A program made the translations under genes and the position numbers. A DNA stretch of 64,000 nucleotides from an uncultured Holophagales bacterium. Its GTDB lineage: Bacteria > Acidobacteriota > Thermoanaerobaculia > UBA2201. The notes below the pieces were generated by a model that was not told the DNA's origin, did no database searches, and saw only the letters and a program-made list of their open reading frames with translations. The DNA is taken from contig CAZRVT010000002.1 in the NCBI GenBank assembly GCA_964603505.1, positions 10,312-74,311 of the forward strand, written 5' to 3'. Below are positions 27,060 through 35,938 of this stretch, one piece after another (the stretch's first letter is position 1; each line of letters starts with the position of its first letter).

Positions 27060-27665
27060 ATCAGTAACAAGGACAAGGAACTGCGCGTCAACGAGGAGAT
27101 CCTCAAGGGCACCACACAAGTTCGGCTCATCGGGGCCGACGGCACTCAGCACGGGGTCCTATCCATCCGGGAGGCCCTGGATCACGCGAGCCGAATGGGT
27201 TTGGATCTCGTGGAGGTTTCCCCCACCGCCGATCCCCCCGTTTGCAAGGTCATGGACTTCGGCAAGTTCATGTACCAGCAGAAAAAAAAGGCCCACGATT
27301 CGAAGAAGAAGCAGAAGGTGTTCCATGTGAAGGAAGTGGTCATGCGGCCGGCCATCGACACGCACGACTACGAGGTGAAAAAGAAAAACGTCATCCGCTT
27401 CTTGGAAGCGGGGGACAAGGTCAAGGTGGTCATCCGGTTTCGCGGGCGCGAATTGGCCCACACCGATTTCGGGATGAAACGGCTGAACACCCTGGTCGCG
27501 GAGGTCCGGGAGCTGGGCGAAATCGAGTCGTCCCCCCAGATGATGGGGCGGACCCTGGTGACCGTCCTGGCGCCGAAGAAGAGGGAACAGCCCGAAGCGA
27601 GGGCGTCCAAGGGGTCGAAAACCAAGGCGGAGGGCGGCGCCCCCGATGCCGGGAATCAATCCTGA
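27060..27665 (+). CDS. infC: Translation initiation factor IF-3, probable non-AUG (AUC) start
   Basis: Frame opens at 27042 after a TAG; N-terminal region ISNKDKELRVNEEILKGTTQVRLIGADGTQHGVLSIREALDHASRMGLDLVEVSP matches the IF-3 N-domain but contains no ATG/GTG/TTG before the internal Met at 27195. ATC at 27060 lies 9 nt after the GGGGGAAA purine-rich tract; IF-3 genes classically use AUU/AUC starts for autoregulation. Confidence 0.7.
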   Translation: MSNKDKELRVNEEILKGTTQVRLIGADGTQHGVLSIREALDHASRMGLDLVEVSPTADPPVCKVMDFGKFMYQQKKKAHDSKKKQKVFHVKEVVMRPAIDTHDYEVKKKNVIRFLEAGDKVKVVIRFRGRELAHTDFGMKRLNTLVAEVRELGEIESSPQMMGRTLVTVLAPKKREQPEARASKGSKTKAEGGAPDAGNQS

Positions 27666-27676
27666 CGAGGTCTGAT

Positions 27677-27874
27677 ATGCCGAAGTTGAAGACGCACAAA
27701 GGGACCCAGAAACGGGTGAAGCTCACGGCCACGGGCAAGGCGAAACGCTCGTGCGCATTCAAGAGCCACATCCTCACCAAGAAGACCAAGGCCCGCAAGC
27801 GCAAGCTGCGCCACGGCGGGTTCGTGGACGGGACCGAGCAGAGGAAGATCAACCGCCTGCTGCCCTACGCCTGA
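27677..27874 (+). CDS. rpmI: 50S ribosomal protein L35
   Basis: MPKLKTHKGTQKRVKLTATGK... 65-aa basic protein. Confidence 0.9.
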   Translation: MPKLKTHKGTQKRVKLTATGKAKRSCAFKSHILTKKTKARKRKLRHGGFVDGTEQRKINRLLPYA

Positions 27875-27889
27875 GGAACGGAGCACACC

Positions 27890-28237
27890 ATGCCGCGCGT
27901 CAAACGTGGAACCCACCGTGCCGCCCGCCGGAAGAAGGTTCTGGAGCAGGCCTCCGGCTACTACGGCTCCAAGCACCGCCTGCACCTGATCGCCCGCCGG
28001 CAGTTGGAGAAGTCCCTCCAGTACGCCTACCGCGACCGCCGCGCCCGCAAGCGGGAGTTCCGGGCCCTCTGGATCGTCCGGATCAACGCCGCCTGCCGGA
28101 TGCTCGGACTCAAATACTCGGAGTTCGTCCGGACCCTCAAGGACCGCGGGGTGGCTCTGGACCGCAAGGTCCTGGCGCACATCGCCGCGACGGACTTCCC
28201 CACCTTCAAGACCATCGTGGAGCAGGTCCGGGCCTAA
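27890..28237 (+). CDS. rplT: 50S ribosomal protein L20
   Basis: MPRVKRGTHRAARRKKVLEQASGYYG... canonical L20 N-terminus. Confidence 0.9.
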   Translation: MPRVKRGTHRAARRKKVLEQASGYYGSKHRLHLIARRQLEKSLQYAYRDRRARKREFRALWIVRINAACRMLGLKYSEFVRTLKDRGVALDRKVLAHIAATDFPTFKTIVEQVRA

Positions 28238-28242
28238 GGTCG

Positions 28243-29265
28243 ATGGCTCTTCGCCCCGACGATCTGCTCAACGCCTTTGCGGAGGACGCAAAGGCGTTGT
28301 CATCTTTGGAGGCCCTCGAGGCGCTTAGGGTCAAGTACCTCGCCCGCAAATCCGGCCTGGTGACCGAGCTCTTCAAGGCCGTTCCCGGTCTTCCGCCGGA
28401 GGAACGCAAGGCGTTCGGCGCCCGGCTCAACGAGGTCAAGGCGGCCATCGAGGGGCGCCTGGAGGAACTGGGTGCCGCCCTCCGCGCGCGCGCGGACGAG
28501 GAGCGCCTACGGCGCAACCGCATCGATGTCACCCTCCCGGGCATCCATCCCGAGACAGGCATGCTGCACCCCATCACCCGGGTGCGGCGCCAGATGGAGG
28601 GAATCTTCCGCGCCCTCGGCTACTCCGTGGAGGACGCTCCGGAGATCGAGGACGACTGGCACAACTTCACCGCCCTCAACCTCCCCGAGGACCATCCCGC
28701 GCGCGACGCCCAGGACACCTTCTACCTCCGCGCCCCCTGGCTGCTGCGAACCCACACCTCCAACGCGCAGATCCGTGCCATGAAGCGGCGCCAGCCCCCG
28801 TTGATGATTTTGGCGCCCGGACGCGTTTTCCGGCGCGACGACAGCCCCCGCCACAGTCCCATGTTCCATCAGATCGAGGGACTGGCCGTCGACCGGGGCC
28901 TCTCCTTCGCCCACTTCAAGGCCACGCTGGCCCATTTCCTGCGGCAGCTGTTCGACGAGAGCGTCGTCGTCCGCTTCCAGCCCTCCTATTATCCGTTCAC
29001 CGAGCCCTCGGCCGATGTGGTGGTCTCCTGCATCTTCTGCGCCCAGCAGGGGTGCCGCGTCTGCTCCAACACCGGCTGGGTGGAGATCATGGGCAGCGGC
29101 ATGGTTCATCCCCAAGTCCTGCGCAATGTGGGCTGGGACCCGGACCGCTGGCGGGGCTTCGCCTTTGGGATGGGGATCGACCGGGTGGCCATGATCAAGT
29201 ACGGCATGCCCAACATCCGCCTCCACTTCGAGGCCAACGCCCGGATGATGCGGGGGCTGCTGTGA
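28243..29265 (+). CDS. pheS: Phenylalanine--tRNA ligase alpha subunit
   Basis: Class-II aaRS motifs (FRALGY, PARDAQDTFY, RTHTSNAQIR, FRRD, YYPFTEPSAD, GMGIDRVAMIKYG). Confidence 0.9.
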   Translation: MALRPDDLLNAFAEDAKALSSLEALEALRVKYLARKSGLVTELFKAVPGLPPEERKAFGARLNEVKAAIEGRLEELGAALRARADEERLRRNRIDVTLPGIHPETGMLHPITRVRRQMEGIFRALGYSVEDAPEIEDDWHNFTALNLPEDHPARDAQDTFYLRAPWLLRTHTSNAQIRAMKRRQPPLMILAPGRVFRRDDSPRHSPMFHQIEGLAVDRGLSFAHFKATLAHFLRQLFDESVVVRFQPSYYPFTEPSADVVVSCIFCAQQGCRVCSNTGWVEIMGSGMVHPQVLRNVGWDPDRWRGFAFGMGIDRVAMIKYGMPNIRLHFEANARMMRGLL

Positions 29266-31274
29266 GATACCTGCTGAGCTGGATCCGCGAATACGCCGCC
29301 GTCCCCGACGACGCCAAGGCCCTTGCGTCGGCCCTGATGGACCTGGGGATGAATCTGGAGGCCTCCGAGGTCCTTCCCGACGAGACGGTCCTAGACCTGG
29401 AGATCACCGCCAACCGGCCCGATGCCCTGAGCCACCTGGGCGTGGCCCGGGAGCTGGCGGCCCGCTACGGCGTTCCCCTGCGCAAGCCCGAGGGACTGGA
29501 GTTGCCGGTGAGCGCGGAACCCTGCGGCGGCGTGAAGATCGTCATCGAGGATCCGCTTCTCTGTCCCCGCTACTGCGGCCTCGTCGTGGAAGACGCCCGC
29601 GCCGTCCCTTCGCCGGCATGGCTGGTTCGGCGGCTGGAGCGGGCCGGCATCCGCCCCATTAACGCCCTCGTGGACATCACCAATTATGTCTTGGCCGCCG
29701 TCGGGCACCCCCTGCACGCCTTCGATCTGGACCGCCTCGGCGAGCGCACCTTCATCGTCCGCCGGGCGCGCGCCGGAGAGCGGATGCGCACCCTCGACGG
29801 CATAGACCGCGCCTTTCGGGGCGACGAGTGCCTGATCTGCGATCCGGCCGGCCCGGTGGCCTTGGCCGGGGTCATGGGGGGGGCGGCCACGGAAATCCAC
29901 TCCGGAACCCGCCGCGTTCTGCTCGAATCGGCCTATTTCGACCCCGCCGCCGTGCGACGGACCTCGCGCTTCCACGCCTTAAACTCCGAAGCCGCCCAGC
30001 GCTTCTCGCGGGGGGCCGATCCCGCCATGCCTCCGCGTGCCCTCATGCTGGCCGCCCGGCTGGTCCGGGAACTCGGGTGCGGCCGGGTGGAGGGGCCCAT
30101 CCTCGACCTCCATCCGCGGCCCGTCCGGCCCCATCCTCTGACCCTGCGCACGGAGGCGCTGGAACGCTTTTTCGAATGTCCGTTCGACCGCGCCTTCATC
30201 CTTCGGACCCTGCGGGCCCTCGAGTTCGAGGTCGAGGAGCAGGGGAGCGATTACCGCGTCGTTCCGCCGCCGTTCCGGGCCGACATCCGCGAGGAGGTGG
30301 ATCTCTACGAGGAGCTGGCGCGGTTTTACGGCTACAACAATCTGCCTTCGCGCATGCCGACGATCACGACCGGCAAGGTGTGGGAGTTGCCTCACCTGGC
30401 CCTCGTGAGCGCCGCCCAGGATGCCCTGGTGGAGGCGGGATTGCAGGAGGTCTACTCCTACGCCTTCGCCACGCGCCGCGAGCTGGACGCCTACGAGGAC
30501 CAGGCCCCCGGCGAGCCCGCGGAAATCGCGAACCCCTTGAACACCGAAGAGGCCTGGATGCGCCGGTCCATGGTGCCCGGGCTGGTGCGCACCCTGGAGG
30601 CCAACCTCCGCAAGGGGGTCGAGCGCTGCGCGTTCTTCGAGGTCGGCAAGGTCTACTACCGGTCGGGCGAGGGGTACGGGGAAGACCTCCGCGCGGGCCT
30701 CCTGCTGTCGGGGCCGCGTGATTTCGGGGAAAACCGCGAGCCCCGGCCCTTCACTTTCTTCCACCTGAAGGGGATTGTGGAAGTGTTTCTCGGCCGGTTG
30801 CGAGCGGTGGACGCCGCGTTCGAGCCCGCCGCGGTTCGGGGGTTTGTCCCCAACAGCTCGGCCCGAATCTTCGCCGGGGGAGCCCCGATCGGCGTCATGG
30901 GACAGGCCGTCGTGGAAAGCGCCAGGCACCCGGTCTGGTGCGCCGATGTGGCCCTGGCCCCGTTCCTCGACACCTTCCGCAACCCGCCGGTCTTCCGACC
31001 CGTTCCGACCTTCCCGGCCGTTCGGCTGGACCTGACCGTTGGCCACGACGCCGAGTTCCCCTGGGTGGTGTTGGAGAGAGCCGTGCGGGGGGCCGGGACG
31101 CCGCTTTTAGAGGAAGTGCTCTACAAGTACCGGTTCCAGACCCCCGACGAGGTCCGCACGACCCTTACCCTGGTGTTCCAGAGCCACGAGCGCTCCCTCA
31201 CCCAGGAGGAGGTCAACGCCGCGCGCGAGCGCATCGTCAAGCATCTCACCGCACACCATCCGGTCCGCCTATAG
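29262..31274 (+). CDS. pheT: Phenylalanine--tRNA ligase beta subunit (short form, ~670 aa)
   Basis: GTG overlapping the pheS stop (GTGA); B3/B4 and B5 domain patterns; C-terminal FDxxAA anticodon-binding-like domain. Confidence 0.85.
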   Translation: MRYLLSWIREYAAVPDDAKALASALMDLGMNLEASEVLPDETVLDLEITANRPDALSHLGVARELAARYGVPLRKPEGLELPVSAEPCGGVKIVIEDPLLCPRYCGLVVEDARAVPSPAWLVRRLERAGIRPINALVDITNYVLAAVGHPLHAFDLDRLGERTFIVRRARAGERMRTLDGIDRAFRGDECLICDPAGPVALAGVMGGAATEIHSGTRRVLLESAYFDPAAVRRTSRFHALNSEAAQRFSRGADPAMPPRALMLAARLVRELGCGRVEGPILDLHPRPVRPHPLTLRTEALERFFECPFDRAFILRTLRALEFEVEEQGSDYRVVPPPFRADIREEVDLYEELARFYGYNNLPSRMPTITTGKVWELPHLALVSAAQDALVEAGLQEVYSYAFATRRELDAYEDQAPGEPAEIANPLNTEEAWMRRSMVPGLVRTLEANLRKGVERCAFFEVGKVYYRSGEGYGEDLRAGLLLSGPRDFGENREPRPFTFFHLKGIVEVFLGRLRAVDAAFEPAAVRGFVPNSSARIFAGGAPIGVMGQAVVESARHPVWCADVALAPFLDTFRNPPVFRPVPTFPAVRLDLTVGHDAEFPWVVLERAVRGAGTPLLEEVLYKYRFQTPDEVRTTLTLVFQSHERSLTQEEVNAARERIVKHLTAHHPVRL

Positions 31275-31283
31275 GAGGCCCCC

Positions 31284-31532
31284 ATGGATTTCATCCTTGC
31301 GCTGGAAGAGAAGATCGAGAAAGTGGCCGCCCGCCTGGAGGCCCAGCGGGAGGAGATCGAGGAATTGAAGGAGCAGGTGCGCGTGCTGGAGCAGGAGAAC
31401 GCGGCCCTGAAAGACCGCGAGCCCGCCACCCCACCGGCCGAGTTCCTGGAGTGGCAGGAGGAGAAGGGCCGGATCCGAGAGAGGATCGAAGCCGTCATCG
31501 CCAAGCTGGCCCCGCTGGTGGGGCAGGGATGA
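31284..31532 (+). CDS. small coiled-coil protein (ZapB-like in size and heptad pattern)
   Basis: 82-aa continuous heptad-repeat helix (LEEKIEKVAARLEAQREEIEELKEQVRVLEQENAALK); family assignment tentative. Confidence 0.45.
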   Translation: MDFILALEEKIEKVAARLEAQREEIEELKEQVRVLEQENAALKDREPATPPAEFLEWQEEKGRIRERIEAVIAKLAPLVGQG

Positions 31533-32800
31533 AGAACCTGGTCGTCCTCGGCCTCCAGTGGGGCGACGAGGGGAAGGGAAAGATCGTCGATCTCCTCGCG
31601 GACGCGTTCGATGTATTCGTCCGGTTCCAGGGCGGAGCGAACGCCGGCCACACCGTCCGTTTCGCCGACCGGCACTTTGCCCTCCACCTCATCCCCTCCG
31701 GCATCCTGCACCCCGGGAAAATCTGCGTCTTGGGCAACGGGATGGTGGTGGACCCCTTCGCCCTCCTGGCCGAAATCGAAGGACTTCAGAAGCAGGGGAT
31801 CGCCATCGACGGAAACCTGTTCCTTTCCGAGCGGGCTCAGATCGTCCTCCCGCAGTTCCAGTTGCTGGACCAAGCCCGCGAGGAGGGCGCCGGCTCCATC
31901 GGCACCACCGGTCGGGGCATTGGCCCCGCCTACGAGTTCAAAACCGCGCGCCTCGGCGTCAGAGTGTGCGACCTGGTGCACGAGAAGGCCCTCCGGGAGC
32001 GGCTCGATGCGATCCTGCCGCCCCTGAACTTCCTCCTGGAGCACCACTACCGGAAGACGCCCCTCCCCACCGACGCCGTTCTGGCCCGCCTGCTGGAGGC
32101 GGGGGCCCGCCTTAAAGGGTACATGGCCGACACCTGTGAACTGGTGCGTTCCTTCTCCTCCATGGGGAAGCGGATCCTCTTGGAAGGCGCCCAAGGGACG
32201 CTCCTGGACATCGACCACGGCACTTATCCGTATGTGACCTCCTCCACCTGCACGGTGGGCGGTGCGCTCTCCGGCAGCGGCCTGAACTTTCGGGACCTCC
32301 ATGGGTGCATGGGAGTTGTCAAGGCCTACACCACGCGCGTCGGCAAGGGCCCGTTCCCGACCGAGCTGACGGACGCGCTGGGAGACCGACTGAGGCAGCG
32401 GGGGAACGAGTTCGGGACGACCACCGGGCGGCCGCGCCGCGTGGGATGGCTCGACCTGGTGGCCCTCCGGCACGCCGTCCGGATCAATGGCGTGGAGACC
32501 ATCGCCCTCACCAAGCTGGACGTCCTCGACGAGCTGCCCGATATCCAGGTGTGCACCCGGTACCGCGAGCGCGGCACCGAGCTGACCGCCCTGCCCGCCT
32601 GCGGCGAGAGCATGGAGCGGCTGGTGGGAGAGTACACCCTCCTCCCCGGCTGGCAACAGTCGACGACCGGCGTCGCCCGATTCGACGCCCTGCCCGTCCA
32701 AGCGCAGGACTATGTCCGGTTTGTCGAGCGGTTCCTCGGCGTCAAAGTGGTCCTCATCTCCACGGGGCCGCGCCGGGAGGAGACCATCGCGGTCGGGTGA
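31529..32800 (+). CDS. purA: Adenylosuccinate synthetase
   Basis: QWGDEGKGK P-loop, GGANAGHT, TTGRGIGP and TTGRPRR signatures; ATGA overlap with the upstream ORF. Confidence 0.9.
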   Translation: MKNLVVLGLQWGDEGKGKIVDLLADAFDVFVRFQGGANAGHTVRFADRHFALHLIPSGILHPGKICVLGNGMVVDPFALLAEIEGLQKQGIAIDGNLFLSERAQIVLPQFQLLDQAREEGAGSIGTTGRGIGPAYEFKTARLGVRVCDLVHEKALRERLDAILPPLNFLLEHHYRKTPLPTDAVLARLLEAGARLKGYMADTCELVRSFSSMGKRILLEGAQGTLLDIDHGTYPYVTSSTCTVGGALSGSGLNFRDLHGCMGVVKAYTTRVGKGPFPTELTDALGDRLRQRGNEFGTTTGRPRRVGWLDLVALRHAVRINGVETIALTKLDVLDELPDIQVCTRYRERGTELTALPACGESMERLVGEYTLLPGWQQSTTGVARFDALPVQAQDYVRFVERFLGVKVVLISTGPRREETIAVG

Positions 32801-32844
32801 GCGCAACCGGCCAATTCGGGGGGTTCATTCCGCTAACCCCCGCC

Positions 32845-32873
32845 TTGACAGCGGCTTAGGAATGTTTTACAAT
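32845..32873 (+). promoter_or_regulatory. Sigma70-type promoter (TTGACA-17 bp-TACAAT) for the HU/IHF-family gene
   Basis: TTGACA 32845-32850 and TACAAT 32868-32873; gene start at 32888. Confidence 0.5.
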
Positions 32874-32887
32874 ACCGTTCCACGCCT

Positions 32888-33148
32888 ATGGTAAAGAAAG
32901 ACATGATTCAAGCCATCGCCAGCGAATGCGGCCTCCGCACGGACCAGGCCGCCAAGGCCTTTGAGACCATCCTTGCCGCCATGGAGGAGGGGTTGGTCGC
33001 GGGCGAGCGCATCGAGCTGCGCAACTTCGGCATCTTCAAGGTGGTGGAACGGAAGAAGTCCTTTGGTCGGGACATCAAGAAGGGGAAGCTCATCCCCCTC
33101 GGTCCCAAAAAGCGGATCAAATTCAAGCCGGGCAAGATCGTCGAGTGA
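32888..33148 (+). CDS. HU/IHF-family nucleoid-associated DNA-binding protein
   Basis: GERIELRNFGIFKVVERKKSFGRD...KFKPGK matches the HU/IHF beta-arm signature. Confidence 0.8.
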   Translation: MVKKDMIQAIASECGLRTDQAAKAFETILAAMEEGLVAGERIELRNFGIFKVVERKKSFGRDIKKGKLIPLGPKKRIKFKPGKIVE

Positions 33149-34047
33149 GTTTTCCCGGTCCGGCCGAGGCGGCCACCCCGGTCCGGCCGAAATTCCAGCA
33201 CAACTATCCCCTCGCCATCGGTCTCTTCTTGCTGACCCTGGCCACGACCACGCTGATGGGCGGACTATGGACGGCGGAGCCGACCCCCGTCTTCACTTGG
33301 CAACAGCTCGTCCTCCGATTCGTTTCCTGGGAATATCTGGCCGCCGGGATGCGCTTTTCCGTCCCCCTGATGTTCATTCTGCTGTGCCACGAGCTGGGCC
33401 ATTATCTCGCTTGCCGCAAGTACCGTGTGGACGCCACCCTGCCCTATTTTCTCCCCGCCCCCTTGGGCGTGGGCACCTTCGGGGCCTTTATGAAGATCAA
33501 GGACCCCATCCCCTCCAAACCCATCCTTTTCGACATTGGGGTGGCGGGGCCTTTGGCGGGCCTCCTGGCCGCGCTGCCGTTCGCCGTTTGGGGGATCCAT
33601 CATTCGACCCCGACCCTCGTTCAAGGCGGGGAGGGGATGATCACGCTCGGCGAGCCCCTGTTGTTCAAGCTGATCACCTGGTCTCTCTGGCGGATGGGGG
33701 AGGGAGCCACTCTTCTCCTCCACCCGTTCGCCCTCGCCGCCTGGATCGGCATGCTGGCCACCATGCTCAACCTTCTGCCGTTCGGCCAGCTCGACGGGGG
33801 GCACATCCTCTACGCCCTGGCGGGACGGCACCAGCGCCGGCTCGCCCTGCCCCTCTTCCTCGCCCTGCTGTTCATGGGATGGTTCTGGTGGGTGTGGCTC
33901 CTGTGGGCCGCCTTCATTCTCTTCATGGGGCCCTTCCACCCGCGCCTGTGGGACGAGCCCATCCCGCTCGACTGGAAACGGAAGCTCCTCGGCGCCGTCG
34001 CCGGGTTTGTCTTCATCCTCACCTTCATGCCGGTCCCGGTCCGGTAA
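33145..34047 (+). CDS. Site-2 protease family (M50) membrane metalloprotease
   Basis: Polytopic membrane protein with HExxH in a TM helix (LLCHELGHYLA) and a downstream LDGG motif. Confidence 0.75.
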   Translation: MSFPGPAEAATPVRPKFQHNYPLAIGLFLLTLATTTLMGGLWTAEPTPVFTWQQLVLRFVSWEYLAAGMRFSVPLMFILLCHELGHYLACRKYRVDATLPYFLPAPLGVGTFGAFMKIKDPIPSKPILFDIGVAGPLAGLLAALPFAVWGIHHSTPTLVQGGEGMITLGEPLLFKLITWSLWRMGEGATLLLHPFALAAWIGMLATMLNLLPFGQLDGGHILYALAGRHQRRLALPLFLALLFMGWFWWVWLLWAAFILFMGPFHPRLWDEPIPLDWKRKLLGAVAGFVFILTFMPVPVR

Positions 34048-34124
34048 ATCACAGTTCGAAACGACGGAACGAAACGGGCGGTCCCGAGGGGCCGCCTTGG
34101 AGTGTCAGGCGAGGACCGCGCGGC

Positions 34125-35834
34125 TTAGCCCTTCGCTTCCTCCGGGAACAGCGCCTTCAGATCCTCCGGTTTGGGAGCCGGCGTGAGGTAGGACACGACG
34201 ACGAGCATGGCGATCGAGACGAAGGCCGAGGGGTAGATGCTGGGAACGCCCCAGGGATCGCCCCCCTTGAGGACCTGCGGGAAGGCGATGGGGATGACGA
34301 GCTCGAAGACGAGGGCCATGACGGCGCCCGAGAGGATGGAGGCGAGCCCCCCCGCCTTGGTGGCGCGCCTCCAGGCCAGGGCGGCCAGCAGGGCCGGGGT
34401 GATGGCCACCCCGTACATGGTGTAGGCGAAGTAAGAGTAACGCAGGACGGAGATGCGCGCATGCAGCACCGTGGGGATGAAGATCATCAAGAAGGCGCAG
34501 GTGCCCAGGACGACGATAAACGCCTTCTGCAGGGCCACCTTGGTCTTTTCGTCGGCGTCGGGCCGGATGAACCGGCCGTAGATGTCGCGCATAATGTTGG
34601 TGGAAGGGGAGAGAAGATAGTTCATCCCGGTGGAGAGGACGACGGCGCAGGCGGCCCCCAGAAGGAGAAGGCCGACGAGGAGGGTGAAGCCGCCCCGGGC
34701 GGCCATGTCCTTGGCCGCCTGCAGGACGATGGAGGCGGGATCCATCCCCACCCTCACGGCGTCCACGGCCTCGCGGGAGGCCGCGCCCTGGAAGGCCGCC
34801 TGAAGCTGGTTCCGGAGGCGGTCGGCCTGCCCGGGCTTCGCCTGTCCGGAGGCCAGGAGGGCGTCCGCCATCGCCCGCGCGCGGTCGGCCGCCGCCGCGG
34901 GCTCGACGGTCCCCGCGGCCATCTCGGCCTTGACGCGCCCGGCGATCTCGAAGGCCTTGAGGTCGACCCAGTGGCCGGCGGCGGCGTAGACCGCGATGGC
35001 CACGACGAGCGTCTCCACCACGATGGTTCCCACGATCCACAGCGCCACGGCCTTCTTGGCCTCGGCGGGGGATTTGGCGGAGTAGAATTTTTGGTACATG
35101 GACTGGATCCCCATCAGGAGCAGGAGGGTGGCCAGGAAATAGCCCCCGGCTTTGAGGACGGGGTACTCGCCGAAATCGGCCGAAAAGACCGCGAAGTGCT
35201 GGGCTGGAAGGATGGCCGAGGCGGCGCCGAAACCTCCGGCCGCCAGGGCCGTGAACGGAAGGGCCGCGCAGCAGGCGAGGAGGATGATGATGCCGTTGGG
35301 CAGGTCGGTGTAGGCCACCGCCATCATCCCGCCGAGGGCGGTGAACAGGATGACGAACCCGGCGGTGAGGGCCTGCCCCGCCTCCACCGAGAGGGTTCCG
35401 TTCGTCGCCACGTTCAAGATATAGCCCCCGGCCCGGAACTGATAGGCGACAATGGTGGTAAAGGCGATGATGAGGGCTGAGGCCCCGAAAAGGCGCGCGA
35501 ACTTGCCGTACCGGACCTCCAGGATATCCCCCACGGTGTACTGGCCGAAGGTCCGGATCTTGGCCGCGAGGAAATAGATGATGGCGATCCCCACCCAGGC
35601 GCCGGCCGGGAGCCAGAGGGAGGACCACCCGGCGTTGGCGGCATACTCGGCGCCGGCGATGAAGGTGCCGGACCCGATCCAGGTGCAGATGAGGGTGAAG
35701 ACCATCGTGGTCAGCGAAAGGGATCGGCCGGCCACCATGAACTCCTCGGAGCTTTTGATCCTCTTGGAGCGGTAGATGTTGAACCCCATCAGGACCAGAA
35801 GATAGGCGAGGACGACATAGAGATAGATCGGCAT
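34125..35834 (-). CDS. Sodium:solute symporter family (SSS) transporter
   Basis: 13+ TM helices with an SSS pattern (MVAGRSLSL, GSGTFIAG...); start MPIYLYVVLAY chosen inside the longer ORF. Confidence 0.8.
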   Translation of the reverse strand: MPIYLYVVLAYLLVLMGFNIYRSKRIKSSEEFMVAGRSLSLTTMVFTLICTWIGSGTFIAGAEYAANAGWSSLWLPAGAWVGIAIIYFLAAKIRTFGQYTVGDILEVRYGKFARLFGASALIIAFTTIVAYQFRAGGYILNVATNGTLSVEAGQALTAGFVILFTALGGMMAVAYTDLPNGIIILLACCAALPFTALAAGGFGAASAILPAQHFAVFSADFGEYPVLKAGGYFLATLLLLMGIQSMYQKFYSAKSPAEAKKAVALWIVGTIVVETLVVAIAVYAAAGHWVDLKAFEIAGRVKAEMAAGTVEPAAAADRARAMADALLASGQAKPGQADRLRNQLQAAFQGAASREAVDAVRVGMDPASIVLQAAKDMAARGGFTLLVGLLLLGAACAVVLSTGMNYLLSPSTNIMRDIYGRFIRPDADEKTKVALQKAFIVVLGTCAFLMIFIPTVLHARISVLRYSYFAYTMYGVAITPALLAALAWRRATKAGGLASILSGAVMALVFELVIPIAFPQVLKGGDPWGVPSIYPSAFVSIAMLVVVSYLTPAPKPEDLKALFPEEAKG

Positions 35835-35938
35835 GCGCTCGGCTCCTTGAGGCGCTGGATTGGGCCATTCTACCATAGGCCCCATCGAACTCCAGGATTG
35901 ACACAGCGGCCGGTGGAGTGCTACTATTCGCTCCTACT

